Shown here: positions 25,470-39,404 of the stretch, piece after piece | Position numbering within the stretch: position 1 is the stretch's first letter | Layout: each line of letters opens with the position of its first letter | Origin: Octopus sinensis | Lineage: Eukaryota | Length of the DNA stretch: 64,000 bases | Assembly: GCF_006345805.1 (NCBI RefSeq) | Contig: NC_043000.1 | Span: 124,496,001-124,560,000, forward strand | Direction: 5' to 3' | Program-made: the position numbers and the translations under genes | Notes under the pieces: generated by a model | Databases searched by the model: none | Told to the model about the DNA's origin: nothing | The model's input: the letters and a program-made list of their open reading frames with translations, nothing else

Positions 25470-27560
25470 TATCATCATCATCATCATCATCATCATTTAA
25501 CGTCCGCTTTCCGTGCTAGCATGGGTTGGACGGTTCAACTGGGGTCTGGGGAGCCCGAAAGCTGCACCAGTCCAGTCAGATCTGGCAGTGTTTCTACAGC
25601 TGGATGCCCTTCCTAACGCCAACCACTCCGAGAGTGTAGTGGGTGATTTTATGTGCCACCGACACAGGTGCCAGACGAGGCTGACAAACGGCCACGCTCG
25701 GATGGTGTTTTTTATGTGCCACCGACACAGGTGCCAGACGAGGCTGGCAGACGGCCACGCTCGGATGGTGTTTTTTATGTGCCACCGACACAGGTGCCAG
25801 ACGAGGCTGGCAGACGGCCACGCTCGGATGGTGTTTTTATGTGCCACCGACACAGGTGCCAGACGAGGCTGGCAGACGACCACGCTCGGATGGTGTTTTT
25901 ATGTGCCACCGACACAGGTGCCAGATGAGGCTGGCAAACAACCACGATCGGATGGTGCTTGTTACGTGCCCACAGCACGGAGGCCAGTCGATGCGGTACT
26001 GGCTACGGCCACGTTCGGATGGTTTTCTTATGTGCCACGTGCCACCGGCACTGGTACCACAAAGATACAAATTCCATTGATGTTCATCTATTTTGATTTG
26101 TTTTGATTTGATTTGATTTGATTTTCACTTGCCTCAACAGGTCTTCACAAGTGTCACAAGAAGGAAGGTATGCACAGGTGGACTGACTACGTCCCAGGTA
26201 GGGGCCATGGGTTATGGCCTGACTAGTCTTGCCGGGTCTTCGGATGGTGTTTTTATGTGCCACCGACACAGGTGCTAGATGAGGCTGGCGAACGGCCACG
26301 ATCGATGGTGTTTGTCATGTGCCCACCGCACTGACTACGGCACTGATGGATTTCTTGTGTGCCACAGGCACTGGTACCACAAGATACAAATTCCATTGAT
26401 GTTCATCTATTTTGTCTATTTTGATTTGATTTGATTTGATTTGATTTTCACTTGCCTCAACCAGTCTTCACAAGTGTCACAAGAAGGAAGGAAGGTATGC
26501 ACAGGTGGACTGACTAGTCTTGCCGGGTCTTCGGAAGGTGTTTTTTATGTGCCACCGACACAGGTGCCAGATGAGGCTGGCGAACGGCCATGATCGGATG
26601 GTGTTTGTTACGTGCCCACAGCACGGAGGCCGGTCGATGCGGAACTGGCTACGGCCACGTTCGGATGGTTCTCATGTGTGCCACCGGCACTGGTACCACA
26701 AAGTGTGTGCCACCGGCACTGGTACCACAAAGATACAGATTCCATTGATGTTCATCTATTTTGATTTGTTTTGATTTGATTTTCACTTGCCTCAACAGGT
26801 CTTCACAAGTGTCACAAGAAGGAAGGTATGCACAGGTGGACTGACTACGTCCCAGGTAGGGGCCATGGGTTATGGCCTGACTAGTCTTGCCGGGTCTTCG
26901 GATGGTGTTTTTATGTGCCACCGACACAGGTGCTAGATGAGGCTGGCGAACGGCCACGATCGGATGGTGTTTGTCATGTGCCCACAGAACGGAGGCCAGT
27001 CGATGCGGTACTGGCTACGGCCACTTTCGGATGGTTTTCTCTTACGGCCACGATCGGATGGTGTTTGTCATGTGCCCACAGAACGGAGGCCAGTCGATGC
27101 GGTACTGGCTACGGCCACTTTCGGATGGTTTTCTCTTGTGTGCCACCGGCACTGGTACCACAAAGATACAAATTCCATTGATGTTCATCTATTTTGATTT
27201 GTTTTGATTTGATTTTGATTTTGATTTTCACTTGCCTCAACAGGCCTTTGATTTTCACTTGCCTCAACAGGCCTTCACAAGTATCACAAGGAGGAAGGTA
27301 TGCACAGGTGGACTGACTACGTCCCAGGTAGGGGCCATGGTTTATGGCCTGACTAGTCTTGCCGGGTCTTCGGAAGGTGTTTTTATGTGCCACCGACACA
27401 GGTGCTAGATGAGGCTGGCGAACGGCCACGACCGGATGGTGTTTGTTATGTGCCCACAGCACGATGGCCAGTGATGCGGTACTGACTACGGCCACGTTCG
27501 GATGGATTCTTGTGTGCCACCGGCACTGGTACCACAAGCGGTACTGACTACGGCCACGTT
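25470..27560 (-). repeat. Family C element expanded into a 62-63 bp tandem array with higher-order duplicated blocks
   Basis: Five adjacent ~62 bp units (TTTTATGTGCCACCGACACAGGTGCCAG...GGATGGTG) at 25647-25960. The block CCGGCACTGGTACCACAAAGATAC...(GATTT)n recurs at about 26046, 26366, 26713 and 27148. Confidence 0.9.
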
Positions 27561-27572
27561 CGGATGGATTCT

Positions 27573-27614
<42 letters not shown>

Positions 27615-28194
27615 CATATGTATATATCAAATGGTTGTCTTAAAAACTATTCCGTACATACAATAACAGCCATACCAACAATCCAACACACCTCCATCAT
27701 CAGCTGCCCCACAGATATCACTATGATTTCAACACTTGGGCAGTACCATTCAATCTGGTAGTATCAACAGCACTAAAATAAGTGTTGTTTGGGAACAAAC
27801 ATACCTTAGATATCCCCACAATCATTCAATCTTAACTCTAGGAAGGATTAAACACTAACATTAATTGAACTACAACAAAGAAACCACATTTACCCAATGT
27901 ACAAAAACAGTATCAGTTAATTAATATATATATAAAGAATTAATATATATATATATATATAAAGAAGTTCAGATAAAGGTTACAAACCTCATTAAGGGAT
28001 AGCAAAGTTCTATGAAAGTGCTGGTTAGTTACCTATACAAAGAATGTTGAACTTTACAATTAATATATAACTGTAAGGTAACTATATAAACCGTGGTTTA
28101 TATATATTTATTTATTACAATAAGATATGAAAATAGAGAGATAATTAAGATAAGAAAATAGATTTATTAATTATCTCTCTATTTTCTTATCTTG

Positions 28195-28239
<45 letters not shown>

Positions 28240-29195
28240 TAGATAGATAATGGGTTTCTTTCAGTTTCTGTCTACCAAATCCTCTTGCAAGGCTTTGGTC
28301 AGCTTGGGATAATAGTAGAAAGCACTTGCTCAAGATGCTGTGCAGTGGGATTGAACCCAAGATCTCATGGTTGGGAAGCATGCTTCTTATTCACACAACT
28401 ACATCTGTAGTTTATTGGAAATGGCTTTAATGCTCTCAAAACCAGCCCACTTAAAATAGGCTCTTTTAAAGGGTTAGAACTTAAATTTTAAGTCTTGGAC
28501 TGAAATATCAGCATTACATGAAAAGTAACATAGAATTTGAATGTGTGAAAAGTTCAAGTTACTTATTTCACTCAACCTCTCATAATTCTTCATTATTTTG
28601 AAAACTAATTTACAAAAGGAGAATATATTCTTGTTAAAAATATTAGCTTCAAATTTTGGTATAAGGCTAGCAAATTTTGCAGGATAGGGGTAAGTCAATT
28701 ACATCATCGCAGTGCTCAACTGGCAGTTATTTTATTGACCCCAACTTGGTTGTAAGGCATAGTCACCCATGGTGGATTTTGAACTCAGAACATAAAGACA
28801 GACAAAATGTTGCTAAGCTTTTTGCTCGGTGTGCTAACGATTCTGCCAGCTCACCACCTTGTTCTTGTTAAAAATATTAGCTCTAAAAAGGTAACAAACA
28901 TATTACATCATGCTGATAGCAGAATGAACAAGATCACTTAGAGAGTGCAAACCTCCACCAAGGCAATACCAATGTCTTCACAACGATTAGCCAGAAATGA
29001 TTTTTAGAATGAGAATAACTGAAATAAACTCAACTGCTCTAACAAACGAGAATACTAAATATAAACCCGACCATTCTCAAAAATTAAGTAAAAAAACAAG
29101 AAAAATAATCCAGAATCCTTGTCTGGTACCGAATGGCCGACCAAGGCCTTGTGAGTGGATTTAGTGGACAGAGGCCGAAGGAGGCCTGTCGTATG

Positions 29196-29240
<45 letters not shown>

Positions 29241-29282
29241 CAATAATAATTCTCTAAACGAGATATAGACAGTAACTGCTCC

Positions 29283-29550
29283 ATAACAAAAGGGACATTA
29301 GCCATTTGAATGTGGCTAGGGACAGGGCAGGGCGGTGGGGGGTGTTACTGTTGCATTTAGCCCCAGGCGAACATCAACGTCACCAGAAAGGCTTGACACC
29401 ATCACGGCGTCCGGGATAGAGGACGCCGTGATGGTGTCAAGCCTTTCTGGTGACGTTGATGTTTGCCTGGGGCTAAATGCAACAGTAACACCCCCCACCG
29501 CCCTGCCCTGTCCCTAGCCACATTCAAATGGCTAATGTCCCTTTTGTTAT
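29283..29550. repeat. Near-perfect hairpin, 130-bp arms, 8-nt loop
   Basis: Arms 29283-29412 and 29421-29550; one mismatch seen; loop GGGATAGA. Confidence 0.95.
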
Positions 29551-29565
29551 ATATATATATATATA

Positions 29566-30087
29566 TAACCCTTTTACTCTTTTACTTGTTTCAGTCATTT
29601 AACTGCGGCTATGCTGGAGCACCGCATTTAGTCAAGCAAATCAACCCCAGGACTTATTCTTTGTAAGCCTAGTACTTATTCTATCGGTATCTTTTGCCAA
29701 ACCACTAAGTTACGGGGATGTAAACACACCAGCATTGGTTGTCAAGCGATGTTGGGGGACAAACACAGACATACAAACATATACACACACACATACATAT
29801 ATATATATATACACTTTCTCCCCATTCATCACTCTTTTGTACCATCTTATATCTCTCCCCACCACTACACACTCAATAACACTATAAAAAGAGTCAAAAT
29901 TCCTGCAAAAACTTAGTTCAATTTGAAGACTCCACTAGAATGGACGAAAGTGCTAATATTTGATATATGATATATGATGTATAAAAACATGTAACATACT
30001 AACAAATATCTGTAAATAGAAAACCATCCGAATTTCTGAATACCTCATTTCTTCTAATATAAAATACCTGTACATCATCTCAAAACC

Positions 30088-30131
<44 letters not shown>

Positions 30132-30653
30132 GGTTTTGAGATGATGTACAGGTATTTTATATTAGAAGAAATGAGGTATTCAGAAATTCGGATGGTTTTC
30201 TATTTACAGATATTTGTTAGTATGTTACATGTTTTTATACATCATATATCATATATCAAATATTAGCACTTTCGTCCATTCTAGTGGAGTCTTCAAATTG
30301 AACTAAGTTTTTGCAGGAATTTTGACTCTTTTTATAGTGTTATTGAGTGTGTAGTGGTGGGGAGAGATATAAGATGGTACAAAAGAGTGATGAATGGGGA
30401 GAAAGTGTATATATATATATATGTATGTGTGTGTGTATATGTTTGTATGTCTGTGTTTGTCCCCCAACATCGCTTGACAACCAATGCTGGTGTGTTTACA
30501 TCCCCGTAACTTAGTGGTTTGGCAAAAGATACCGATAGAATAAGTACTAGGCTTACAAAGAATAAGTCCTGGGGTTGATTTGCTTGACTAAATGCGGTGC
30601 TCCAGCATAGCCGCAGTTAAATGACTGAAACAAGTAAAAGAGTAAAAGGGTTA
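29566..30653. repeat. Spacer-free 1088-bp palindrome centred on (AT)n
   Basis: Arm coordinates sum to 60219 at both the ends and the centre. Each arm carries a family A SINE 3' half plus about 280 bp of other sequence. No mismatch found by eye. Confidence 0.95.
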
Positions 30654-30655
30654 AG

Positions 30656-30800
30656 AGTTCATGCCAGTCATGAGGCCAAACATTCTTGAAAGTTTCATCT
30701 GAATCCATCCAACGGTTCTTGAGATATCTTGTCCACAGACAAACAAACAAAGAAACAAATATGACTGAAAACAATACCTCTGCCTTTGCACAAGCAAAAT
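30656..30800 (+). mobile_element. Helentron/DINE-1-like (HINE) 3' fragment
   Basis: AAGTTTCATCTGAATCCATCCAACGGTTCTTGAGATATC...ACAGACAAACAAAC...GAAAACAATACCTCTGCC resembles HINE core and end motifs. Confidence 0.4.
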
Positions 30801-31443
30801 GTTGGATAGAGAACAAAAGTCTAGTAAGAGAGTGCTTCCTTATAGAATTGATAGATTTCTTTGCAATGGAATGGGGGATGATGGGGATTCGAGACAAAAC
30901 ACCACCACAAATATGAAATAATACCCATGGTGTAATTTTTTTTGCTTTTATTTTTTATTTGCTTTGGTCATTGGATTGCAGCTATGCTGGGGCACTACCT
31001 TGAAGGGTCTAGTCGAAAAATATAATCAACCCCAGGATATATTTTTAAAGTTTGGTACTTATTCCATCAATATCTTTTTTGCCAAACCTCTAATTTACAA
31101 GGACATAAACAAACCAACACTGGTTGTAAAGAAGTGAGGGTGCAAATACACACACATATACATACACGTGTACACACACACACACACACACACACACAGC
31201 AAGCTTCCATACAGCTTCCATCTAACAAATTCACTCACTAGGCTTCGGTTGGCCTGGGCCTATAGTTGAAGACACTTGCCCAAGGTGCCATGCAGTGGGA
31301 CAGAACCTGAAACTACACGATTGCAAACTTTGATTCTTAACTACACAGCCATGCCTGTGCATATTACTGATTTATAAGAGATGAAATATCAGTTGGTTTT
31401 AGAAAAGGGACCATGTTTCGTTGACAAGATCTTTGTGATCTTA

Positions 31444-31850
31444 GGTACAGGAGTGGCTGTGTGGCAAGTAGCTTGCTTACCAACCACATGGTTCTGGGTT
31501 CAGTCCCATGGCATGGCACCTTGGGCAAGTGTCTTCTACTATAGCCTCGGGCCAACCAAAGCCTTGTGAGTGGATTTGGTAGACGGAAACTGAATGAAGC
31601 CCATCGTATATATGTATATGTATACATATGTGTGTGTGTTTGTGTATCTGTGTTTGTCCCCTTGCTTGACAACCGATGCTGGTGTGTTTACGTCCCTGTA
31701 ACTTAGCAGTTCGGCAAAAGAGACTGATAGAATAAGTACTAGGCCTACAAAGGATAAGTCCTAGGGTTGATTTGCTCGACTAAAGGCAGTGCTCCAGCAT
31801 GGCTGCAGTCAAATGACTGAAACAAGTAACAGAGAGAAAAGAGAAAGAGA
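31444..31850 (+). mobile_element. tRNA-derived SINE family A (CORE-like; OR-type), full length with an internal (TA)n/(TG)n tract
   Basis: Head GG(C/T)(G/A)CAGGAGTGGCTGTGTGG(T/C)AAG...GGTTCAGTCCC, CORE-like CCTTGGGCAAGTGTCTT, tail GACTGAAACAAGTAAAAGAG. More than 25 full or partial copies in the window. Confidence 0.85.
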
Positions 31851-34674
31851 GTGATATTGTAAGCCCAATAGGAAGGGTAAACAGTAGCATGTTTCTATCC
31901 ACCAAATTCACTCACAAGGCTTTGGGTATCCTGCGCCTATAGTTGAAGACACTTGCTCAAGGTGTCATGCAGTTGGACAGAACCTGAAACCACACGATTG
32001 CGAACTGAGATTCTTAACTACACGGCCATACCTGTACCTATTACTGATTTACAAGAGATGAAATATCAATTGATTTTAGAAAAGGGACCAGATTTCTTTG
32101 ATAAGATCTTTGTGATATTGTAAGAGCAATGGGAAGAGTAAACAGTAGTATGCGTGGGAAATTACTTAAATTTGATGTTAAGAAAATGGAGTGATACGTG
32201 CACTATTTATGCTAGCATGGTTGGACGATTTGACTGAGGACTGGCGAACCAGATGGCTGCACCAGGCTTCAATCTGATCTGGCAGAATTTCTACAACTGG
32301 ATGCTCTTCCTAATGCTAACGATTCCAAGAGTGTAGTGGGTGCTTTTACATGCCACCGGCACGAGGGCCATAGCTACTTAATATTATTAAACATGACCAA
32401 ATTTCTGTTGAAACATCTGGAGGAATTCTTTTCATGAAAAATTTGGATGCCATATTGGAGGAGAAACTGAAAATAGGGCTACATATAACTTTTTGTTCAA
32501 ATTATAAATAAACTTGTGACTTCTACAACGGGTTCAATGGATTTAGTTGTGTTACATGAAAGTTAACTAACTAAAAGGAGAATGATTACTATAGTGGGGA
32601 AGTATCCTTAGGCACATCAGATTTATTGGAATGGAATGAAGAAATTGACAAAACAGTATTGGAAGAATAGTGAGAAAGTTTTTGGATTTCATCAAATAAT
32701 TCTGAATATATTTCACAAGAAGAAAGTTTGGTTAGGCAATTTGTTTACTGCACTAAGTCAAAAACTTGTAAATACCAAATGAAACAGCTTTGGCCTTTAC
32801 CTTCTTATTTTTCTTTGTAGTCTGCATACAGTAAGCCAATAAAAACCAATAAAATAAAAGATAAGTATTCATGCAAAATCAATACAAGAAAATAAGAGAA
32901 ATCATTGTATTGAATTACTTTTGTAGAGAAATTTTTTCTCTCTCTTCATAGTAAAGATCTAAGAGATATTGTACTTCGTCTTGGATCTATTCATCCATCA
33001 AATGAAATTATCACTTTTTCAAACATATGCTATATTTAAAACAGCAACTGTATTTTACATATCAACAATTTTTTTATACATAACTATAAATTTTTTTTAA
33101 AGTTAGCAGCCATGATAGTTCTTTTTTCATCAGTGATATGAAAATAGTAAGAAACTTTTATTTAGAAGAGAAATTTCAAAGAAGCTTTTTAAACTGCATA
33201 TTTATTCTTTATTTGTCTGTATATTTTTCTTGAAAAACTAAATTATTTTTCGTTCAAAAAAAAAAAAATGTTAATATGTTATATGTAAATATGTAACAGG
33301 TTCAGATATTTTGTTATGACTTCTGTTGACAGTGTACGTATTTAAGCGGACTAAAAAAATACTTTTTAAAAGAGTTGGCAATAAATTGAAAATGTTTGGA
33401 TAAGTTTCATGTATGATGCAAAATAAGCACTTGACTATTGAGTGAAAATGTTGCACATGAAAAATGATCCACTGAAATAAATTTTATCATTTTAATATTT
33501 AGGTTAATGCAGTTTTTGATCATTATCATGAAATATGATATTAAACTTGAAGAATTTTAAAGTTAGAAATGATGATGTAAAGAAGAATAAGGTCTTGAAC
33601 AATGAATATGATGCTTATATTTTAAAGAACTGAAAGTATTTCATATAAAATTCATTAAACAACAGTTAAATTTTCTTTAAGAGAAATTTTAATTGTGATA
33701 ACTTTACAAACAAGCACATAATTGAGGTAAAAATTAGGAGTGAAAAATAATTGGACACAACTAAGTTAATAAATAAATAAGAATGATATGTAAAAAATAA
33801 ATATTATATCAAAATCTTCAGAGTTAATTGTGTTAGAATTGATGAGTTCTTTAAAAAAATAATAAGTTCTATGAGTCAGATATAAAAAAATAAAAGTACA
33901 TAGAAAAAGAAAAAAAATACAAAACAACAAAACAAAACAGCATTACCTGCCATGTTTCTTATTAGATTTGGAAAATGATATTTCGTTTCAAACTGATTGG
34001 AAGCAAGGAAACAAATGGAATACTGTATGGAAGCTACAGTGGGAAAGGAAAAACTTTATCAATGAAGAATTCACTCAGCTTTCTTACATGTCACTGGTAT
34101 TTGCAACAACAGGAAGTAGCAAAAACATCCCATGATTAACTTTTGCGTGTTCTTATATAAGTTGATCATATTTTATTTTATTTCTTTGTTTAGCTGTTGT
34201 TGCGAACAGTTCCGACTTCTTTCATTCATTTCATTCATGCCGTCGTTCATTGAAATGGTTTCTTTAATTTCTTTATTGTCCATCAAAGAAATAATGCATT
34301 GTTTCATTAGGAGAAGAAGAATCTATAGGCAGATAACTGATTGTCATCTGATGTAGATGGATATAAAAAGACATTGAAGAGATAATCAGGAAATTTCCAC
34401 TAATGAGTTTCAGCCGTTTGTGCACGAACCTGTCTTGATGTAAAGCTGCTCTCTCTATATGCAGTATGTGTGTGTGTATGTGTGTGTGTGTGTGTGTGAG
34501 TGTCTGTGTCTGTGTCTGCGTTGAGAGTGCTTTTACATCATCAACAATTAGATTCCCTTGCATTCTGATTTTCCCTTCTATCTTCTGTGTAGGTGTGTGG
34601 GCTATATATATATGTATATATATATGTATGTATGTATGTATATACATATATTCTGTGTAGGTGTGTGGGCTTTA

Positions 34675-34744
<70 letters not shown>

Positions 34745-34819
34745 TGTGTATACATATATTCTGTGTAGGTGTGTGGGCTTTATACATACATACATACATA
34801 CATACATACATGCATACAT

Positions 34820-34858
<39 letters not shown>

Positions 34859-34877
34859 CACCACACACACATATATG

Positions 34878-34913
<36 letters not shown>

Positions 34914-34927
34914 TGTATGTACGTATG

Positions 34928-34960
<33 letters not shown>

Positions 34961-37526
34961 ATGTAGATCTATCTAGCTCTCTTTATATGTACATCTATAC
35001 ATACATACATGTGTATTCACACGCTCAAACATACAGATACACGTACATGCTCATATACATGTATACACATACACACACACATACAAACTTGCAGGTACAT
35101 ATGTAATGGGTTGCTGTATAGGTTTACGTACCTAAGAACACTGAATATGCACTGAACTAAGGCCATAATACGAATTGTAGAATGAAAATAAGATTTACTA
35201 TCAATAAATTATTATCAATAATACTGACAGTTTACTTCAAAGTTTTTACTGGTTCAGGCTTCTCAAAACAGTACTAAGTAAAATGAAATTATCCTTAGAT
35301 ATAACAACAGTTTGGTGCAGAGAAGTGGAAGTCAGTCAAAGTGGGAAATATGAAAGGAAGAAGAGAAGAGGTGCAAAGCAATGATATAGGCTTGATGTAA
35401 ACCAATTTCTTTACTACCCACAAGGAGCTAAACACAGAGAGGACAGACAAACAGATTAAGTCGATTATATCGACTCTGGTGCGTAACTGGTACTTAATTT
35501 ATCGACCCTGAAAGGATGAAAGGCAAAGTCGACCTCGGCGGAATTTGAACTCAGAACGTAACAGCAGATGAAATACGGCTACGCATTTTGCCCAGCATGC
35601 TAACGTTTCTGCTAGCTCGCCACCTTACCCAGCTCACCGCCTTAAACCAAAGGGATAGTGGTGTAAGGAGAGAAAATATTTATCATAGGCGCAGGAGTGG
35701 CTGTGTGGTAAGTAGCTTGTTTCATGCTGAAGAGCCCCGACCTAGCACCATTGAGGTGCTTGAGTGAGGCACTGAGCCTGGCTGGGTGGGAAATAATTAA
35801 GAGGCTTAGTGCCTCGTATTGTTTATTGTCTGTAAGAGGCTCAGCGCCTCAATTTGTAATGAACTATTAAGTCCAGTAATTGTAGAACTGAGGTAAGAGG
35901 TTTAATACCTCGTTTTGTTTTTTGTTTTGAAAAAAACCCCAATGTTTTAGAGAAACGTGGCCGATGCCAGCGCCGCCTTGATTGGCTTTTGTGCTGGTGG
36001 CACATGACCTGCTGTGCTTGAGGAGACATATTGAGTCAAGTACATCAACATCAAAATAAATATCAAATGGAAATTGTAGTTGTGATACCAGTGCCGGTGG
36101 CACGTAAAAAGCACCATCTGAATGTGGCCGATGCCAGCACCAACTGATCGTGGCTGCTGCCAGCCTCCCCTGGAACCTGTGTCGGTGGCACATAAAAAGC
36201 ACTCACTACACTCTCAGAGTGGTTGCCGTTAGGAAGGGCATCCAGCTGTAGAAACACTGCCAGATCAGACTGGAGTCTGGTGCAGACTCCTGGCTTCTCA
36301 AACCCCAGTCGAACTCTCCAACCCATGCTAGCACAAAAAACGGACGTTAAACAATGATGATGATAATGATGTTTTAGAGAGGCAGAAGATTGGTGGGCAT
36401 CTTTTGCTCCTCTCATTAATATCATAATTTCGTTTATCATTTCATCTCATTAATGTAATGTCCAGCCTGCAGCTACATCTGTGTAATGCTCTTATGGCAA
36501 ATTATATGAATAAAAGTAGCTTGCTTACCAACCACATGATTCTAGGTTCAGTCCCACTGCATGGCACACTTGGGCAAGTGTCTTCTACTATAACCTCAGG
36601 CTGACCAAAGACTTGTGAGTGGATTTGGTAGACAGAAACTGAAAGAATCCTGTCGTGTATATAGATACGTGTGTGTGTATTTGGGTGTCTTTGTTTCTCC
36701 CCCCACCATTACTTGACAACCAATATTGGTGTGTTTATGTCCCCCATTAACTTAGCGGTTTGGTGAAAGAGCCCAATAGAATAAGTACTAGGCTCACAAA
36801 GAATAAGTCTTGGGGTCGATTTGTTTGACTAAAGGCAGTGCTCCAGCATGGTCGCAATCAAGATGACCGAAACAAATAAGTAAAAGAGTAAAAGACATTC
36901 AGATTCATCTGTCAAATGTAATGCTTATTTATTTACATTATTTTGAATTAATCATACATTATCTGATAGCTTCAAGATTTTGATGATGTGATTGTATTTT
37001 TAGAAGGATATTGTAAGATAGGTATGAGAGGCCAAATCTAGCTGGTTTATATATAATGAAATTATTGTATACAGTGCTCAGGTGAACCACAACTTGTCAG
37101 AAAGTGCATATAAAGTACATGCAGTAATGTAGAAATGTCTGGAAAGTGAACAATGTATGAGTCAGATACATGCTTGTGTGTGTATGGAGGGGAGAAAATC
37201 AGGTGTAGTGTTGGTGAATCTCAGGAAGCATGGAAGTTTTGAAGGATGCAGTTTAAACATAAAAGAAGCTGATATTTTGGCCAGCTATAACCTGTTTAAA
37301 ACTTTCATTACCATGTTTCTGTTGAGATGCTCTGTGTTTCTTTCAGTTATTTTAAATAAAACAAAGAATTTAGTAAAATAACTTAGTTATCATTAAGCTA
37401 GTGTTAGGAACATAAATTGTGACTAAGTTTACTATTTTACTGTGAATGTGATTTTGCTTAACTCTTTTGTTACCATATTTCTTTTGAGATGCTCTGTTTC
37501 TGTCAATTAATTTTAAATAAAACAAA

Positions 37527-37944
37527 GGTGCAGGAGTGGCTGTGTGGTAAGTAGCTTGCTTACCAACCACATGGTTCCGGGTTCAGTGCCACAGTGTGGC
37601 ACCTTGGGCAAGTGTCTTCTACTATAGCCTCGGGCTGACCAAAGCCTTGTGAGTGGACTTGGTAGATGGAAACTGAAAGAAGCCCATCGTATATATGTAT
37701 ATACATGTGTGTGTGCGTGTGTGTTTATGTGTTTGTGTTTGTCCCCCCAACATCGCTTGACAATTGATGCTGGTGTGTTTACGTCCCTGTAACTTAGCGG
37801 TTTGGCAAAAGAGACCAATAGAATAAGTACTAGGCTTACAAAAGAATAAGTCCTGGGGTCTATTTGCTCAACTAAAGGCGGTGCTCCAGCATGGCCACAG
37901 TCAAATGACTGAAGGAAGTAAAAGCGTAAAAGAGTAAAGAGTAA
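37527..37944 (+). mobile_element. SINE family A, full length
   Basis: Same head, core and tail as the 31444 copy. Confidence 0.85.
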
Positions 37945-38805
37945 CCCGTTGCACTATTTAATAAAACTCACAAGGCTTTGGTTGGCCCGAGGCTATAGTA
38001 GAAGACACTTGCCCATGGTGCCACACAGTGGGACTGAACCCAGGACCATGTAATTCATAAGCAAGCTACTTACCACACAACCACTTCTTGTGTGATGACA
38101 TCATGAAAATATCTAATCAATGATGTCCAACAACTACACATTAAATTCTTTGACTGGTGTCAGCAAAAATTCTAGTGAATCCAAAATTGTTGATTGAAAA
38201 TCAATTAAGCTTTGATCAAGCTCGTAAAAATAGTAGCGAACAACAGGCAGATGGTCGTTCAAGCATAGTCATGGACAGAAGAGAGATGCATTCATGCAAT
38301 GAATTAAGCTAAGTTCAATATTAGAAGTCTTTTGAAAACTAGATTGGTCAATATGAATATTCTGCAACACTCAATGACCAGACAGCTGCTTTCTCCAAAA
38401 CCAACCATGGAAGAGGATACTCATTTTCACTTACATACCCCCTCCCTCTCTTCACCTCTCTATGTCTTACTTCCATTACACAATCTGTCTAGTTAAATGG
38501 TCAAGTCATGCACTACATTCCTTTTCAGAATTAGGTCACAGTGTTAATCTTATTTTTCCAACTGCATTTTGTCACTTTCTTTTCTTGGAACGGATGTGTC
38601 CCATTTTTGACCATTAACAATGAAACAGGTGATGAACTTAGACAACAAGCTACTTTTATTTTTCATTAGATTCATTCATCATTGTCAAATTAATCTCAGT
38701 ATCAAAATATTATTACATACAAATTTATCATGCTTTAAAAAAAAATTCAGATAAATACATAGAAACAAACAGATGCAAACATACAAATATATAAAAAAAA
38801 AAAAA

Positions 38806-38988
38806 CTCAGGTGTCCAGGTAAATATGGTCGAAGAAAATACAAGAAGATCAGTTAATTATGATTTTATTCAACATATTCCCCTCTCAGCTTCACACATTT
38901 ATTACAGCGGTCCTTCATCATCATCATCATCACCAACACCACCACCACCACCTTAATTAATCTAGGAACTTTTCAGCACCCCACTTAT
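38806..38988. mobile_element. Mariner-derived MITE remnant
   Basis: TTATTCAACATATTCCCCTCTCAG...CAGCGGTCCTTCA (reverse complement of a mariner C-terminal region) and a TIR-like GGAACTTTTCAGCACCCCACTTATA. Confidence 0.45.
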
Positions 38989-39114
38989 AAAAATACAAAT
39001 GACATGGTCCAACCCATGCTAGCATGGAAAACGGACGCTAAACGATGATGATGATTTAAATACAAATATATTTATACTTTATAATAAATGTACAATTACA
39101 CATGTAAATATACC

Positions 39115-39145
<31 letters not shown>

Positions 39146-39158
39146 TATATTATATATA

Positions 39159-39199
<41 letters not shown>

Positions 39200-39404
39200 G
39201 TGAAATAGAAAGATGAATAATCTTGTTGCAGATTAATCAAAAGTTTAACCGATACCTTGGTAGCAAAAATCACAGCAGAAGACAGCACGGTTGGAGGTAC
39301 AACCATATGGTGTTGCAACCGTGCGTTGGTGCGGATAATTGAATTTTAATATTATTAGTGAATTGAAGAAATGGAGTTGAACGAAGATTGAACAGAAATA
39401 GTTT

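Noticed and set aside
25513-27207. Repetitive ORFs and 62-bp repeats as a gene or CRISPR array
   Set aside because: Tandem expansion inside a retroposon; no unique spacers; open in several frames on both strands.
34273-34460. Exon-like ORFs near 34.2-34.4 kb
   Set aside because: Short frames on both strands end in stops without compatible donors; no recognisable motif.
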